Shown here one piece after another: positions 29,073 through 56,452 of a stretch of 64,000 bases of DNA (position 1 is the stretch's first letter; each line of letters begins with the position of its first letter). Source of the stretch: Chrysomallon squamiferum (lineage: Eukaryota; Animalia; Mollusca); assembly GCA_012295275.1 (NCBI GenBank), contig CM022676.1, forward strand, positions 620,001-684,000, read 5' to 3'. The position numbers and the translations under genes were made by a program. Below the pieces are notes generated by a model. That model was given only the letters and a program-made list of their open reading frames with translations, was not told the DNA's origin and ran no database searches.

Positions 29073-29971
29073 TATATTAATAAACACTTACGTATACATA
29101 CACACACAAACACGTTTTGTCCACGCATTTACGTATATTTTCTTTCATTACTATTTTAATTGACTGGGAGTTAACTCAGTTGTTAATGATCTGTGTTTGA
29201 AATATTTATAAGATTTGTACAGAAAGAAATTGTTTGTTTATCTCTGTTTGTACGTCTAAATAAAAACCAACTTCTCGACTGCGCTGTATGAAGATTAACT
29301 AAAGACGAGTCATTAATCTTTGAAATACGAGAAATTTGAAATTGAATGAAAAAAGCTGTTTGAAAAACCAGCAAAAATAATTGAATAACCTATCATCATC
29401 CCCATTTTTTACCCGTGCAGTAATAACTTATTTGTTTCCATCCTATCATACCCTGTTTGTGCCCGCATAGTACTACCCTTTGTGTACGAACCTTGTCTTA
29501 CATGTTCTTTTGTCAGTTCTGACCTCCTTTTCCACACTCGCTCTGCGCACACTACTCCTATTACGTTTGTTGATCTTGTCAATGAATGTTTTGTTGAACG
29601 AACTTTCTGAAAATGAGGACTGTGTGAATAACACGAGGTATTGCTTCCACTGTTTTCATAGCCTGACAGTTCACTCGTTTATATCGTGAAACAAAGTCTC
29701 ACTGTTCTGAGATGTTAGCATTTCAAATATCAAATTGTTTTAATAATAGTAATAATAATAATAATGATAATGATAATAATAATAGTAATAATAATAATAG
29801 TAATAATAATGATAATAATAATAATAATAATAATAGTAATAATAGTAATAATAGTAATAATAGTAGTAGTAATAATAAAGATAATAATAATAATAATAAT
29901 AATAATAATATAAAAAAAAATGGAATAACGGTCTGATCACAAGGAAATAAAAACACTCCATGAGGAAAAAC

Positions 29972-30137
29972 ACATAACAAGGTACCCGGATGTTTAAAGC
30001 AAGATTTTTTTAATCGTTATTATTTTCATGTTTATCAAGACCTTAGAGGTAAGATGTATTTTAGTTTTGCTGGTACGATTACTATGTTAATCTTTTGTTA
30101 GATTTTTACGTTTTGTCTTATTATTATTATTATTATT

Positions 30138-30182
<45 letters not shown>

Positions 30183-30444
30183 ATTTTTATTTGTGTTTTA
30201 TATATATATGTTGAAAATAAATAAATAAACTGTATGTACGTATGTGTACTTATGTGATTATATGTTTCTGTATGATTATTAGAAAATAGAAATATTATCG
30301 TGAGAAAAAGAAAAATACATAACAAGCTACCCGATTGTTTATAGAAAGTATTTTTTAATCGTTAATATTTTATATTTCTTAAGACTTTAGAGGTAAGATG
30401 TAATTTAGTTTTGTAAGTTCGATTGGTATGTTAATCTTTTGTTA
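29972..30444. repeat. Diverged ~128-bp direct duplication (29972-30100 and 30317-30444)
   Basis: ACATAACAAG(G/C)TACCCG..TTTTTTAATCGTTA..AAGAC(C/T)TTAGAGGTAAGATGTA..TATGTTAATCTTTTGTTA occurs twice. Confidence 0.85.
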
Positions 30445-30571
30445 TTTTTTGTTTTAGTATTAATGTTTATTTGCTGTTGTTAGTATTATTATTCTTGTTG
30501 TTGAGGTTATTATTATTATTATTAATGTTCTTATTATTATTTTTACTATTATTGTTCATTTTTGTCTTTAA

Positions 30572-30614
<43 letters not shown>

Positions 30615-30777
30615 GCTTTACTACTAATACTGCCAGTGCTATTGCTATTGCTATACAACTAATGCGGTAACTGCTGCTGTTAGTAATATTCCTACTACTG
30701 TGTTTTGTGTGACTAAGCATATGTGTATGTGTATGGGTGAATAATATAATAAATAAATTCTGTGTATGTGTGTATTA

Positions 30778-30808
<31 letters not shown>

Positions 30809-30828
30809 TGTGTTTCTATATATATATA

Positions 30829-30958
30829 GGACACAGTCATGAGTGCGCTGACAACGCTTATTTTGGGACACCCTTTGTATATATAGATATATAGATATAT
30901 ATAGGACACAGTCATAAGTGCGCTGACATAACGCTTATTTTGGGACACCCTTTGTATA
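30829..30958. mobile_element. Two tandem ~50-bp copies of a Tc1/mariner-like terminus in (TA)n
   Basis: Each copy ends TTTTGGGACACCCTTTG-TA; the reverse complement resembles TA-CAGGGTGTCCCAAAA-type mariner TIRs. Confidence 0.45.
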
Positions 30959-32687
30959 TATATAGATAGATAGATAGATAGATCTAAACGAAATAAGCGT
31001 CATTTTGACCTAAAGTTAATCCTGGCACAAAAGTAATATATGATAGGTTTTGACAATATCGTGAACAGCTATCAAAACTTTTATTTGTGTTAATGAAGTT
31101 TAAATTAAAAGCACGCCTACAAAATAATCCCGATATGACGGCACAGTCTTTCTTTGAAAACAATTTTCTATTTGAAGAAATTGAAGTTCGTGACATTTTG
31201 TAAAACTGAAATTGATGACTACCTAGGAGTGCTTCTAATGTTTGAAGTTTATTATTTGTGTACTAATGTTTCTTAAATAATAATAATAACAAATGGTTTA
31301 TTGTCGGCGCGGTTTTGTCAGTGTCATTTTCTCTTACGCTTTCATGTCGTCCCACCATATATACGTATACATGTATGTACTGTTTATTATAATCTACTAC
31401 AAAATCTATAGTAGTGAATAAGTTTTGTTTGTCAGTATAGATATAGTTTTAAAGTAATAATAATAAAATAAAATGAAAGAAATTTATAAACTGTTATGTA
31501 AAAATTAAGTTTGTTTTTTAATGTATTCGAGTATTACTTTACTGATACTGAATTACACACTTCAAATATTTACCAGCTAACTATAGCAAGATAAGCGACG
31601 TCCTACAGGTCACTTTAGAATAGTGAATGCTGGTATTCAATACACCTCCCTATAGTCGTTTATTAATGTCAGTTGTTTTACTATGAAAAGGAAACCTGCT
31701 CAATCCAAATTATAGTTTCTTCTAAGGCAAGTAGCAAATTATCTTTTATTACCTCGTTTATATAAATTGCTACGATTAGTACTATTCCTACTACTTTGTA
31801 TGCATCTTCACATGCATCTATCATATATATTTGTAACTGCTGCTACTTCTACTATTTTAGTTTGTCATTATGTTCATTGCTTTTATCATCATCATCATTA
31901 GTAGTTGTAGTGTGATTATTGTTATTATTATTAACATTATTATCATTATCATAACAAATATTATCATAATTATTAATTTTAGAATAACTGCTATTATTGT
32001 TATCATCATCATTGTAAATATCATTAGTTTAAACTACATGATGATATAGATCCATGTAATCGGTGTAAGTATCTGGTAACACTTCGTTCCGGCCACTAAC
32101 AACGACTGTTTTCTTAAAGCTATGGTATTTACTTTTTTGTTGTTATTACTATTATTATTTTATTTTATTTTAATGTTTCCTTGTCTTGTATAATTGCTGT
32201 GTACGTCGTTAAATGAAATGTTTATGTTTTCCTCCACTTAGTGTATTGTATAGTTCACGAAAAAACCAGACAGATTAAGAATCTATTCAGCGATTCATTC
32301 GTGTTTTTTCCTTATCTTTGTGCCCGATTTTACTTCCCTCTTGTAAATCAACCGTTTTATGCTGTGTCGTTGTGTTTTTCCTTGTAATTTTTATGCACCT
32401 TTATACATCGACACGAAATTTTCCTCAGTAGTTCTATAAAATTATAATTTATGTCTTGCGTAGAAAATATATTATTGATCTATAAACTGCAATAATATTA
32501 TTTTCAAAAACAAAGAAAGAAAGGCAATGAAAATACTTTTAATAAACGCGCGAGAGAGAAATAGAGAGGTCTGTAGTTGTAAAAGATTTGTGATATCCTG
32601 AAATGAAATTATTATTATCATTATTATTGCTGCTGCTGCTTCTACTATAAACTAAAATTATTACATCGTAATTTTTATTAAAGTCGT

Positions 32688-47209
<14,522 letters not shown>

Positions 47210-47918
47210 TCTGAAACATTAACTTTTATTTTGTACCACATACTGGCAAAATGTAACAGAAATACTAACATTATGTTTATTTCACAAGTTATACAAATCT
47301 GTTAGATAAGATTAGTTCTAGAATGTTTGATTTTTACATATTACATAGTGAATGTTATCTTTGTTGGATCATGTGTATTGTTAATTGTTATGTTATTTTC
47401 TACTGATTGTATTATACAAGTTACCTTGTACATGTATTGAATGTATAATGTACTGATTACAATAACAAACTGATTCAATTTAATTTTTGTATGTGTTATT
47501 ATACTTTATAAAATATAAAAATACTTTGTTATTTTGTATAATTTTATTTATCCAATTGATTTTATGTGTTGTTATTTTTTTTATTGCTTTTACCATTACA
47601 TTAACGTTTTTGTTGTTTTGTGCCACTATTTGATATATGTTGTATCTGTCAGTTGTCTTTGAAATATAATTAACATAGCTTATTTTGGGGTAATAGATTC
47701 ATTTTTACTTGACGTTATCTAATTTTTAGGTTTTTTTTAAAATTTGCTACTGACACACACATAGATATATATATCATTTTATTTTGTTTTCTGCAGTTCA
47801 AAACAGTTGTTTACTTTTACACCAGTTTTGGTTCCAGTATTTAATAAAAACAAAATGTACAATCTTCACAGTTTGTAAAATTATTATTATTATTGCTTTT
47901 TGAATGAACACCGTTTGA

Positions 47919-47964
<46 letters not shown>

Positions 47965-48258
47965 ATCTATCTCTCTCTCTCTCTCTCTCATAAGCAAAAG
48001 AAAACTTATTTGATTTCACGTTTGACAGGTAAAATTACCAGTTTTACATGCATTGTTTATTATTTGCACAAGTAGAATTTAAACATGACGAGATTTTCAC
48101 ACCTATGTCGTTGAGAATGAAAAGTGTGTACTCAGCGCATATCGTTTTCAAACATTATTTAAAACAAAAAATAAAATAGTATTAATAATAAATAATCAGA
48201 AGAAGTACTACTGTGAAATTCTTATTTCCCATTCTGAAAGCTAAGCATTAAAACATTA

Positions 48259-48289
<31 letters not shown>

Positions 48290-48823
48290 ATTTTTTGGTC
48301 TTTATCTTTTTTTTTTTTTTTTTTTTTTTTTTTTCTTTATTTTATTTTATTTTTTTTTTTTTTTTTTTTTTCAAAAGCAAGGGATTTTATTCCGACTACT
48401 GACTAGGTTTCTTCCCCAGCATGCTCAAGATTTTGCAGCAAAGATTTACAAAGATTTTTCGTATTTTTAGACACGCATACAGATTATGAATGACGTATTT
48501 GAAGTTAATGAAATGAAAATAAAAATATTTTTTGTATTATTTTATTTTATATTTTAATTGTTACTGTTGTTTTCATATTTGTTGAATTTTTATTTTTATT
48601 ATCTAAATCCTGTTTAGCGCAGAATGTTATTTATTTATTTATTTTTTTTTTTTTTGTGGTTTTTTTTTTCTTCCTCTTGGTCACTGGTTAACAGAGGCGA
48701 AATCAGGAATGGAGGAGTAAATTGGTTCGGTGGTCTAATCGTTATTGTTTCTGAATCTGATCACGTTTAGAAATTATTAAATAAAACGTCATCATTCAGT
48801 TTAGGTGCCGTATTTTCATTTCA

Positions 48824-48887
48824 TGACGTAAGAATGCAAAACGGTTGGTTTATTTTTACTGATGTATTCAGAGGAGATGTGACGTAA
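48824..48887 (+). promoter_or_regulatory. Two TGACGTAA (CRE/ATF-C/EBP-like) sites upstream of the GPI-Ig gene
   Basis: At 48824 and 48880, ahead of a likely 5'UTR donor (AAAG|GTAAAT) at ~48983. Confidence 0.4.
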
Positions 48888-49089
48888 GTTTTTGATAAAT
48901 ATTGCTATGTATTTGAAACTATGGCAGTAATTATACATCTTACTTATAAATCGTTATTATTCGGTACAACAAATTAAACAAAGGTAAATCTGTGGTTAAA
49001 GTAATTAAAATATTAATCTGTAATATGAAGGTGATTATTTATTTATTTACTTATTTACTTAATTATTTTAGATTTTAGATACCTAAGCC

Positions 49090-51272
49090 ATGACACTGAA
49101 ATATGCTAGTGTTTTCATCTTTCTAACGTCAGTTCAAGTTGCTGTTGGTGAGTTTATTAAACAAACTTTTCCGAATGGATATTTGGTATTAGTTTATTAT
49201 TTCGGAATAAATGAAACTGTGCCAATTAACAGCTGTTTTATCATTTTACATTTCTTTCTTTTTATTTATTTATTTATTTAATTTTATTTATAATTTTTGT
49301 TGTTGTTGTTCATCAAAAGAAAAAACTGTCGCAAAATTCCAAATTTAAATTCCTTACATGAACCATATTTTCTTGACCAAAGTAAGTCATAAATGCAACG
49401 AAATAGTCGGAAGAGAGCGCCACAAATAGGTTACGTGCTTATTGTGATACAACTAGTGAATTCGGCAGCTTTTGAAAGCAGCTACTTATGGCTTTTTAGA
49501 TTAATCATCTCCAGTTTTGTCAAAATTACAAATACGACTTCGCTCAGTTTTAGTAGAAAATTTCAACAGCAAGAGTATTGTGACACCGCCTACCGCACAA
49601 GATATCCGAGTATTTATAGGTCAAGGTAAAAACGGCTAGTACTGTTAAATTAGTCTGTGTGCATTTAAAACGATGGACACACTATAGCTACACTGGTAAC
49701 TATTTTCATTGATACACGTGATCTTTAATGACTGATAGATAATAAAGAAAAAATCGAGAAATAAAAGGAAACTATACCTCACTCAATAGCTGTGAGCAGG
49801 AATATACATCTACGTTTAATTAGCAGACTCGAATGTGTTTCGAAGCATTTATAACTTGAAAACTGAAAATTTCAATGGAGCAGATTTTTTATTTATTTCT
49901 TTCTTTATTTATTCATTATTTGTTTTTTAATTATTATTATTTTGTTATTTAATTATGTCAGTATGGAGAACAGTACATTTTATGTGCTAATCATTCTATC
50001 CGCATCACCTCGATTTCTGACCACAAGATATCTGTCGATTGAAAATGAAGAAACCATAATTATCTGCAATGACGTGGTCAGTACTCTTGCTGATGATAAT
50101 ATTGTTGCTGCTCTCTCTCACAGTATGAATTTGACAACGAGGAAAAGACGTCGACACTTTCACAGACCGAGATGGTCACTGGTGGGAATACACCTGATAC
50201 TGAGTTTTCATCTACAACGAAAGAAAGGGTAACAAGATCGTGATATTTTCAGCAGTCTAGATTTTAACAAGTACACACAATCTGTTTGGCTGGTACATTT
50301 TATGTTGTGCAGGAATATCCGGCAGTCTGCTGCAGCCTTCGAGGAAAATCCGAGGAACTCTATTCACAGAACTTGGAAGCGGGTGCAGTCAGTGCCGAAC
50401 AAGAAGTTCTTCTAGAGTCGTTTATTTTCTTTATTTATATCTGAAAGTGAACTGATACATACGCCCCAAAATTACGATGGATTAGTTAACAGTCGAGAAA
50501 TTAACAAGCTACATTTATTTTTATTATTTGTTGCAAAAAGTTAAAAGGCTTTGGTTTAACCACTCTGTTAATAAAGGGGCTAAAAAGTTTAAATATAACA
50601 TAATTAAATATGTTAACGAACTGATTGCTAATGTTTTACAATTAATAGTATATATTGAAAGAATCAACTATAAATAAATAAAAAAAACGACAATCCAAAC
50701 CTGAGGAGTTAACTACAGTGGTAAATGATACCAAACGATAAATACAGTCATTACTTTTCCCTGTTGGATTTTAGAGTTCTTATTATAGATTAGTTTTAAA
50801 ATCAACAACATAAATATCAGCTTGTCTCTTCATAGGAGTCGTGGTGGTTGTGGTGCTGCTGTGTGTGTTATGCATCTTCATTAATTAGTGTTAAATTGTT
50901 TAATTTTGTCTTATCTAAAAGAAAACAGAAAAATACTGTTTATAATCCAATGTCATATTATAAAAAATATCAGTTTAACCTTTTACCTAAAGTTGGCTGA
51001 TAATAATACTAGGAGGAAGAAGAAAAAGAAGGAGATTTTACTTCCGAAATTAATGTTCTTATAAAAATAAAACAATCGTTAGTGTTTCATACACCAGTGT
51101 ACGATATAAGCAATTGTTTGTGAAATCTGAAAATCAAACTGAAATTAGACAGAATTACAGCAATTACCTCACCCTCAAACTGCTTTCTCGTTAGAAAAAG
51201 TCAATGTATTTCGTGTTGACTGTAGTTAACAATTTGATAGTTATTTATGTATTACGAAATATTGCCTATGGC

Positions 51273-51322
<50 letters not shown>

Positions 51323-52160
51323 TCTTTTTTTTTTTTTTAGTCTGAAAGACCTGAGACTAATAAATGTTGTTATTATATTATTTCAGATCAGTATAATTTA
51401 ACAGTATCTAAGAAATTCATTTCTGTCGGATCATCAGTGTCTCTTATTTGTAACACGTACAATAAAGTAAGTGGGATTGCATGGCTGAGAAATGGAATGC
51501 CTATTAATGTACAACAGGGTCCTGGAATATCGTGTATGGGATTACTTCTGAAGCCATATCGATATTCGTGTTACAACAAGACGATTTACAAACTGACGGT
51601 AACTAAAACATACATGACTGAAAACGGATCTGCTTGGGATTGCCAGTATGAATATGGAGGAAATCGTAGTAACAAAGTTCATTTAAATGTTCTAAAAGGT
51701 ATATCATTGTTACTTCAGTAATTCTTTAACTGTTAAAACTTCCTTTCTATGCTAGTTGTATATTTTAGTTCAGTGAAGACGATTAATAATTTTAACTTAA
51801 AGAAACAATAAGCTGCAGCAGAGTGGCAAGCAAAGCCTGAGTCGCAAATGTTAAAAGAATGAAAATGAAAAAAATAAAATAAATAAATTTAAAAACGTTT
51901 TCTTCTTCTCACTTAAACTGGCCCATGTATGTTTGTGTTAATGTGTGTGTGTGTGTGTTAAAAAATGGGTAATGTAATGTGCGTATTTATTTGCGTACAC
52001 TACAAATAATTTATCTTTATAGTATTCTTTTTATTATTTTGAGTGACAATTTATTAAACTGTATTGACATTGTTTGTAGCGCGATCACAGGTGATTATCA
52101 AGGAGAGGAACAAAGTTTAATATCAAAGGGCATGGATTAACTCGTTAAAAAAGCAACAAG

Positions 52161-52225
<65 letters not shown>

Positions 52226-52419
52226 CATCAGAAAGAGGTCATCGAAATATAGCCAATTAGTCTTTTATGTTGAATATGTCATAAATTATTTCTGTCTAAA
52301 AAACACAGTTGGCATAATATTATTTTTATGATTTCACATCTAGACGTAAACTTTCTTTATAACATTTCAATAATTTTCTTATATATATACACACATACAT
52401 ACACACAGACAGATACACG

Positions 52420-52452
<33 letters not shown>

Positions 52453-52751
52453 CCTGAATTTACAAATTCGATTTAATATTTATTAGTCATCCCTCATAGA
52501 TTTTCTTTTTTTGCTTCTTCTTCTTTTTTCACTCTTATCCATTTTTGACGTATGATTTGAATTTTTAGCTTAAGACAGAAATGTTTGGGATTAGCGATGG
52601 ATTTATGTATTTTAATTTTCTTTTTCTAGGTGTTTTTGTTGGGGCATTTCCAGCTAAAGCGGGCTCCTCTTCAGCATATAACGTTCAAATTCAGTTTCAG
52701 CCGATTACAGTAATCTCAATATTTCAACTTTTTAAAACTTTTCTTCTGTAA
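49090..52751 (+). CDS. Single V-like Ig protein with predicted GPI-anchor signal (~163 aa)
   Basis: Exons 49090-49147 (MTLKYASVFIFLTSVQVAV), 51387-51698 (..SVGSSVSLIC..IAWLRNG..SC..RYSC..YKLTV..NGSAWDCQY..RSNKVHLNV) and 52630-52751 (..AGSSSAYNVQIQFQPITVISIFQLFKTFLL*); phase-1 GT-AG introns, open frame. Confidence 0.82.
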
Positions 52752-52781
52752 ATTATGACTGATGCTATTAGATATGACCTC

Positions 52782-54460
52782 CAGTCGACTTGAAGCCAGT
52801 CAAAAATGATTTTACCTTCACCTCCATGCATGATCTTGACCCACTAGCCACTTGAAACTGTTCCAGATTGTCAGGCATGTTTGAAAACACTGCAACAGTC
52901 TAACATCATTGAAACTGGTGATGCTATTAAATGCGTTTCTTGTACATTAGTGACATTCAGTGTTAAAAATAAAACATGACTGATTTTCAAGGAAAAAACG
53001 TGTTGAAGTTCTGATAAATTGCTGTTAGTGAACGCTAAATATTGAATAGTATTTAATTTTCTTGTAAGTTACTTATAGTTGGTGTCAAATAGCAAATGTG
53101 TCTTTGAGCGTTCTGTTTTTTTTTTTTTTTTTGATAATGAATATTTAATACATATTTATATGCTTTCTTTTAAGTTATTTAATATTAAATTCAGAATCTC
53201 ATTTGGGTTTTTTTACGTTGAATATAAAATGTTATTTTGTATTGCTGTAAATCACTTATAATTATTACTTACTCATATTTAATCTTAAACAAAGAATAGT
53301 ACTTGCTTTTGTTTTATTTTATTTTGTTATTTTTGGGAGTTTTTTTGTTGTTGCTTTTTTGTTTTGTTTTTTCTTTATCACAAATTGTAATTATTAAATG
53401 TAGAACTTGAAATTTAGTGATTGTTGATGTTAAATACAAAACTTTCTGGTAAATTTGTTACTGATAATGTTCAATATAGTGCTTGACTTTCTTGTGATTG
53501 ATGTTAAATATAAAAAAAATACTGTTTGTAAGTTATGATGGTTAATGCAAAACTATTTTATAATGCTGAAAGGTAAATTATTAATTTTTTTTAATTAGTA
53601 AATTTATTTTGTATGTCAAATAGAATATTAAAAAATAAACAATAATAATAGTAGTAGTAGTAGTAGCAGTAATTAAAAAAAGAAAAAAGAAAAAGGTCAG
53701 TTAAAAAATATTCAAAATGATAATTGCATAACCGCTTAAAAGAAATGGTTTGGATGACAGGATCGAGTAATCACTAAACGGAGACAATGAACGACCCTGG
53801 CTTCATTTATTCTGGTGAGACTAGCTTTAAACACATCAGTAACAGTACGCCTTTGCACAAAAGAGTTAAAATAACATGTGAAAACAGTCTCAAAGTAAAC
53901 AAACGATGCAGTATGATAAAAATGCAGTTGAGATAAAATCATAATAACTTACAACAATGGAATAGCGACAGATCGTCATTATTAGCGGGTAAATATACAC
54001 AATACAGAAACAATATGTTACTTTTGAAAATAACTAGTTATACTATCAAGCAAATCGAGACTAAAAATCCACAAAACCTTTCACTTACCAACTGAAACTG
54101 GGTGTTGGACAAAACACAAAAGTAAAATTATGAAAATGCAAATCATGTAACAGTAATGAACCTGGTTGGTCTACCCACTTAGAACAAGAAGCAGTCTATA
54201 ACAACAACAGATGTTTGGTCTTGTGCGCTCCTCGAAATGTCTCGATGGAGATGGTTCACTTATCTGTTGATAAATTCACTAAATATTTTGATTAGACGTC
54301 TTTGTTTATTTATTTTATTTTAATTTTTAATTTTTTTTTTCTGAGCCGCTGTTGAAACCTTTAAGATGATGTTTTGACTTAATGCAGTCGACTTGAAGCC
54401 AGTCACAAATGACTTTACCTTGACCTACATGCATGATCTTGACCCACTAGCCACCTGAAA
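52782..54460. repeat. ~76-bp diverged duplication (52782-52857 and 54385-54460)
   Basis: CAGTCGACTTGAAGCCAGTCA.AAATGA.TTTACCTT.ACCT.CATGCATGATCTTGACCCACTAGCCAC.TGAAA occurs twice. Confidence 0.85.
53736..54146 (-). pseudogene. Signal-peptide exon plus truncated Ig-like exon
   Basis: 54146-54089 reads MICIFIILLLCFVQHPVSV with a GTAAGT donor (58 nt, phase 1). It splices in frame to 53947-53736 (..TVFTCYFN..ARVVHC..RSCHPNHFF*), which stops before an F-strand Cys. Confidence 0.55.
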
Positions 54461-55146
54461 ATTCTTTAGCCGACTGACCAGCCGCCAGATTCGCCAGCAT
54501 TGATCACATTTGTAGCCCTAGCCACAGACAAGTACTTGCTTCTGCTAATTCTGTATATGTCGATACGAAGCGAGAACAAGAGCGGCATCGTTTGGCGCCA
54601 GTCTGTAGAATTTTCATGGAGGGGTCTCAAAATTAGTTGCGTATAAGAGGATAATCTCGGATTGTTCCTTGACGTAGAAAGATTTAACAGAGGAGATGTT
54701 GTTAGAATTGCGTCTCTCATACTAAAAGATGAAAAATAAAACATGAGTAATTGACATGGAACATAAAAACATGATAAAATGTATTGATTTAACCCAGAAG
54801 TATTGTAACGAATTCATTCGTCTTTATTAATTTGTGTTTTACTTGCTGCTCTGAATTCAGATATTTTAAAATAATAATTTTGTTTCAATTTAAAAGAAAT
54901 TAAAACGGTCCAGACTGCGGCTCCGTCCTCCATCCAGTTAAATGAAGTCGCCTGACGAAACATTGTTACAGCTGTTCGATTAGACAGAAATATAAACTGA
55001 AACTAGCAGAAGACAAATGCGATAATTTAACTGACAGGTGTCTAGGTATGTCCACTAACTTGCTTTAAAATTCAGAGATTGAGTAGCAAATTGAATGTGA
55101 CGGTTTCACGTGTGAAAAAGATTTAATAAATTCGGAATTCACCGAA

Positions 55147-55166
55147 TGACGTGACCTGTTACGTCA
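55147..55166 (+). promoter_or_regulatory. Paired CRE/ATF-like sites upstream of the Ig gene start
   Basis: TGACGTGA and TTACGTCA lie 43-62 bp before ATG 55209. Confidence 0.4.
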
Positions 55167-55208
55167 CATCGTCTGCAAGTTATTTGGCGACATACTCAAA
55201 GCAAAGAA

Positions 55209-56406
55209 ATGAAATTTATTGCAATTTTCGTTTTGTTAGGCAGCAGTTCAGTTCTAGAAGGTACATTTTATTTGTTTTTATTTAGTGAGATAGGCATGCA
55301 ATATTTTTGGATTATTTGTTTGTTTTATTTTATTATTATCAGCCGTATCTTTATGTATTCTCTATATTTTTGTTATTCATACTACGTATATACATCCACT
55401 GATGCTAACTTCGCTGTTGTACGATTCTTCGTTTGAGTTCTCCCAACTATGACCAGTTTACATAAAAAACATCGATGTTTACCCTCCATTATTTAAAAGT
55501 TGAATGGAAAGGTTTGACATTTATAAGCACACCATTTTTATTCATGATCTTGCGATACTTACTGTTACAAGGTCCTTCTTGATTAAAGCACTGAAATAGC
55601 GCACTCTTTCTGTTTTCTTCTTTGTATCTATTTCACTTAATTGAGTATAACATTTTTATTATTGCAGCACAAAATTACAATTTTAATTAAAGATTTCTAT
55701 GCTTACTGTGACACGTTCGAATGCAAGAACTCCATAAAGCATAGCGGTCATTATGATAATGTTCCATATTCGGACTCCCAAACATCTGACCGTTCGACTT
55801 TTCATTTTCTTCAAGCAGAGACTGCAGTTTATTTTCCATTCAGAAGAGGATCTCTATACATTATTTTGTTCTTGTTGTTTTTATTAAACCGAGAGTGAGA
55901 GAGCCAGTGGCGTGGTTGAAGATAGCAATAGGATTGCTGTATTCATGTAATTATGTCAGAATTTAAATTTTTTATTTTTTTTATATTATTTTCTCCCTTT
56001 CCATTCATTTTTTTGAGTATTGCAAATGAAAGCTTTTCCAGTTCCAGGTTAGGGATCAATATATTTTTCTTTCCACATTTTCGGGGGTTTTGTGGGTTAT
56101 TCTTTTCTTTTCTTTTCTTATTATTACTATTATCGTTATCATTATTATTATTGTTGTTGTTGTTGCTTTTCTGAAATGTCTGTGATACAGTATAACACTT
56201 TTCAGTGTTTAGGAATCATTTTCTTTGCTTATGATTGTGTTAGAGTTTAGAAGTCTGTAAACGAAAGGATGCATATGTTTCTGTGTCTGTGCATTTCATT
56301 TGTACATCTAAGAATGGGCTTATGAAGTCTTTTTGTTAAAACGGGAAAGAGATTTGATTTTCTCGAAATGTTACTGAGATCAAAAATACAAGCATCACTT
56401 TCTTTA

Positions 56407-56452
<46 letters not shown>

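Noticed and set aside
31610-32130. Two very faint SINE-like remnants
   Set aside because: Too degraded to delimit or name by eye
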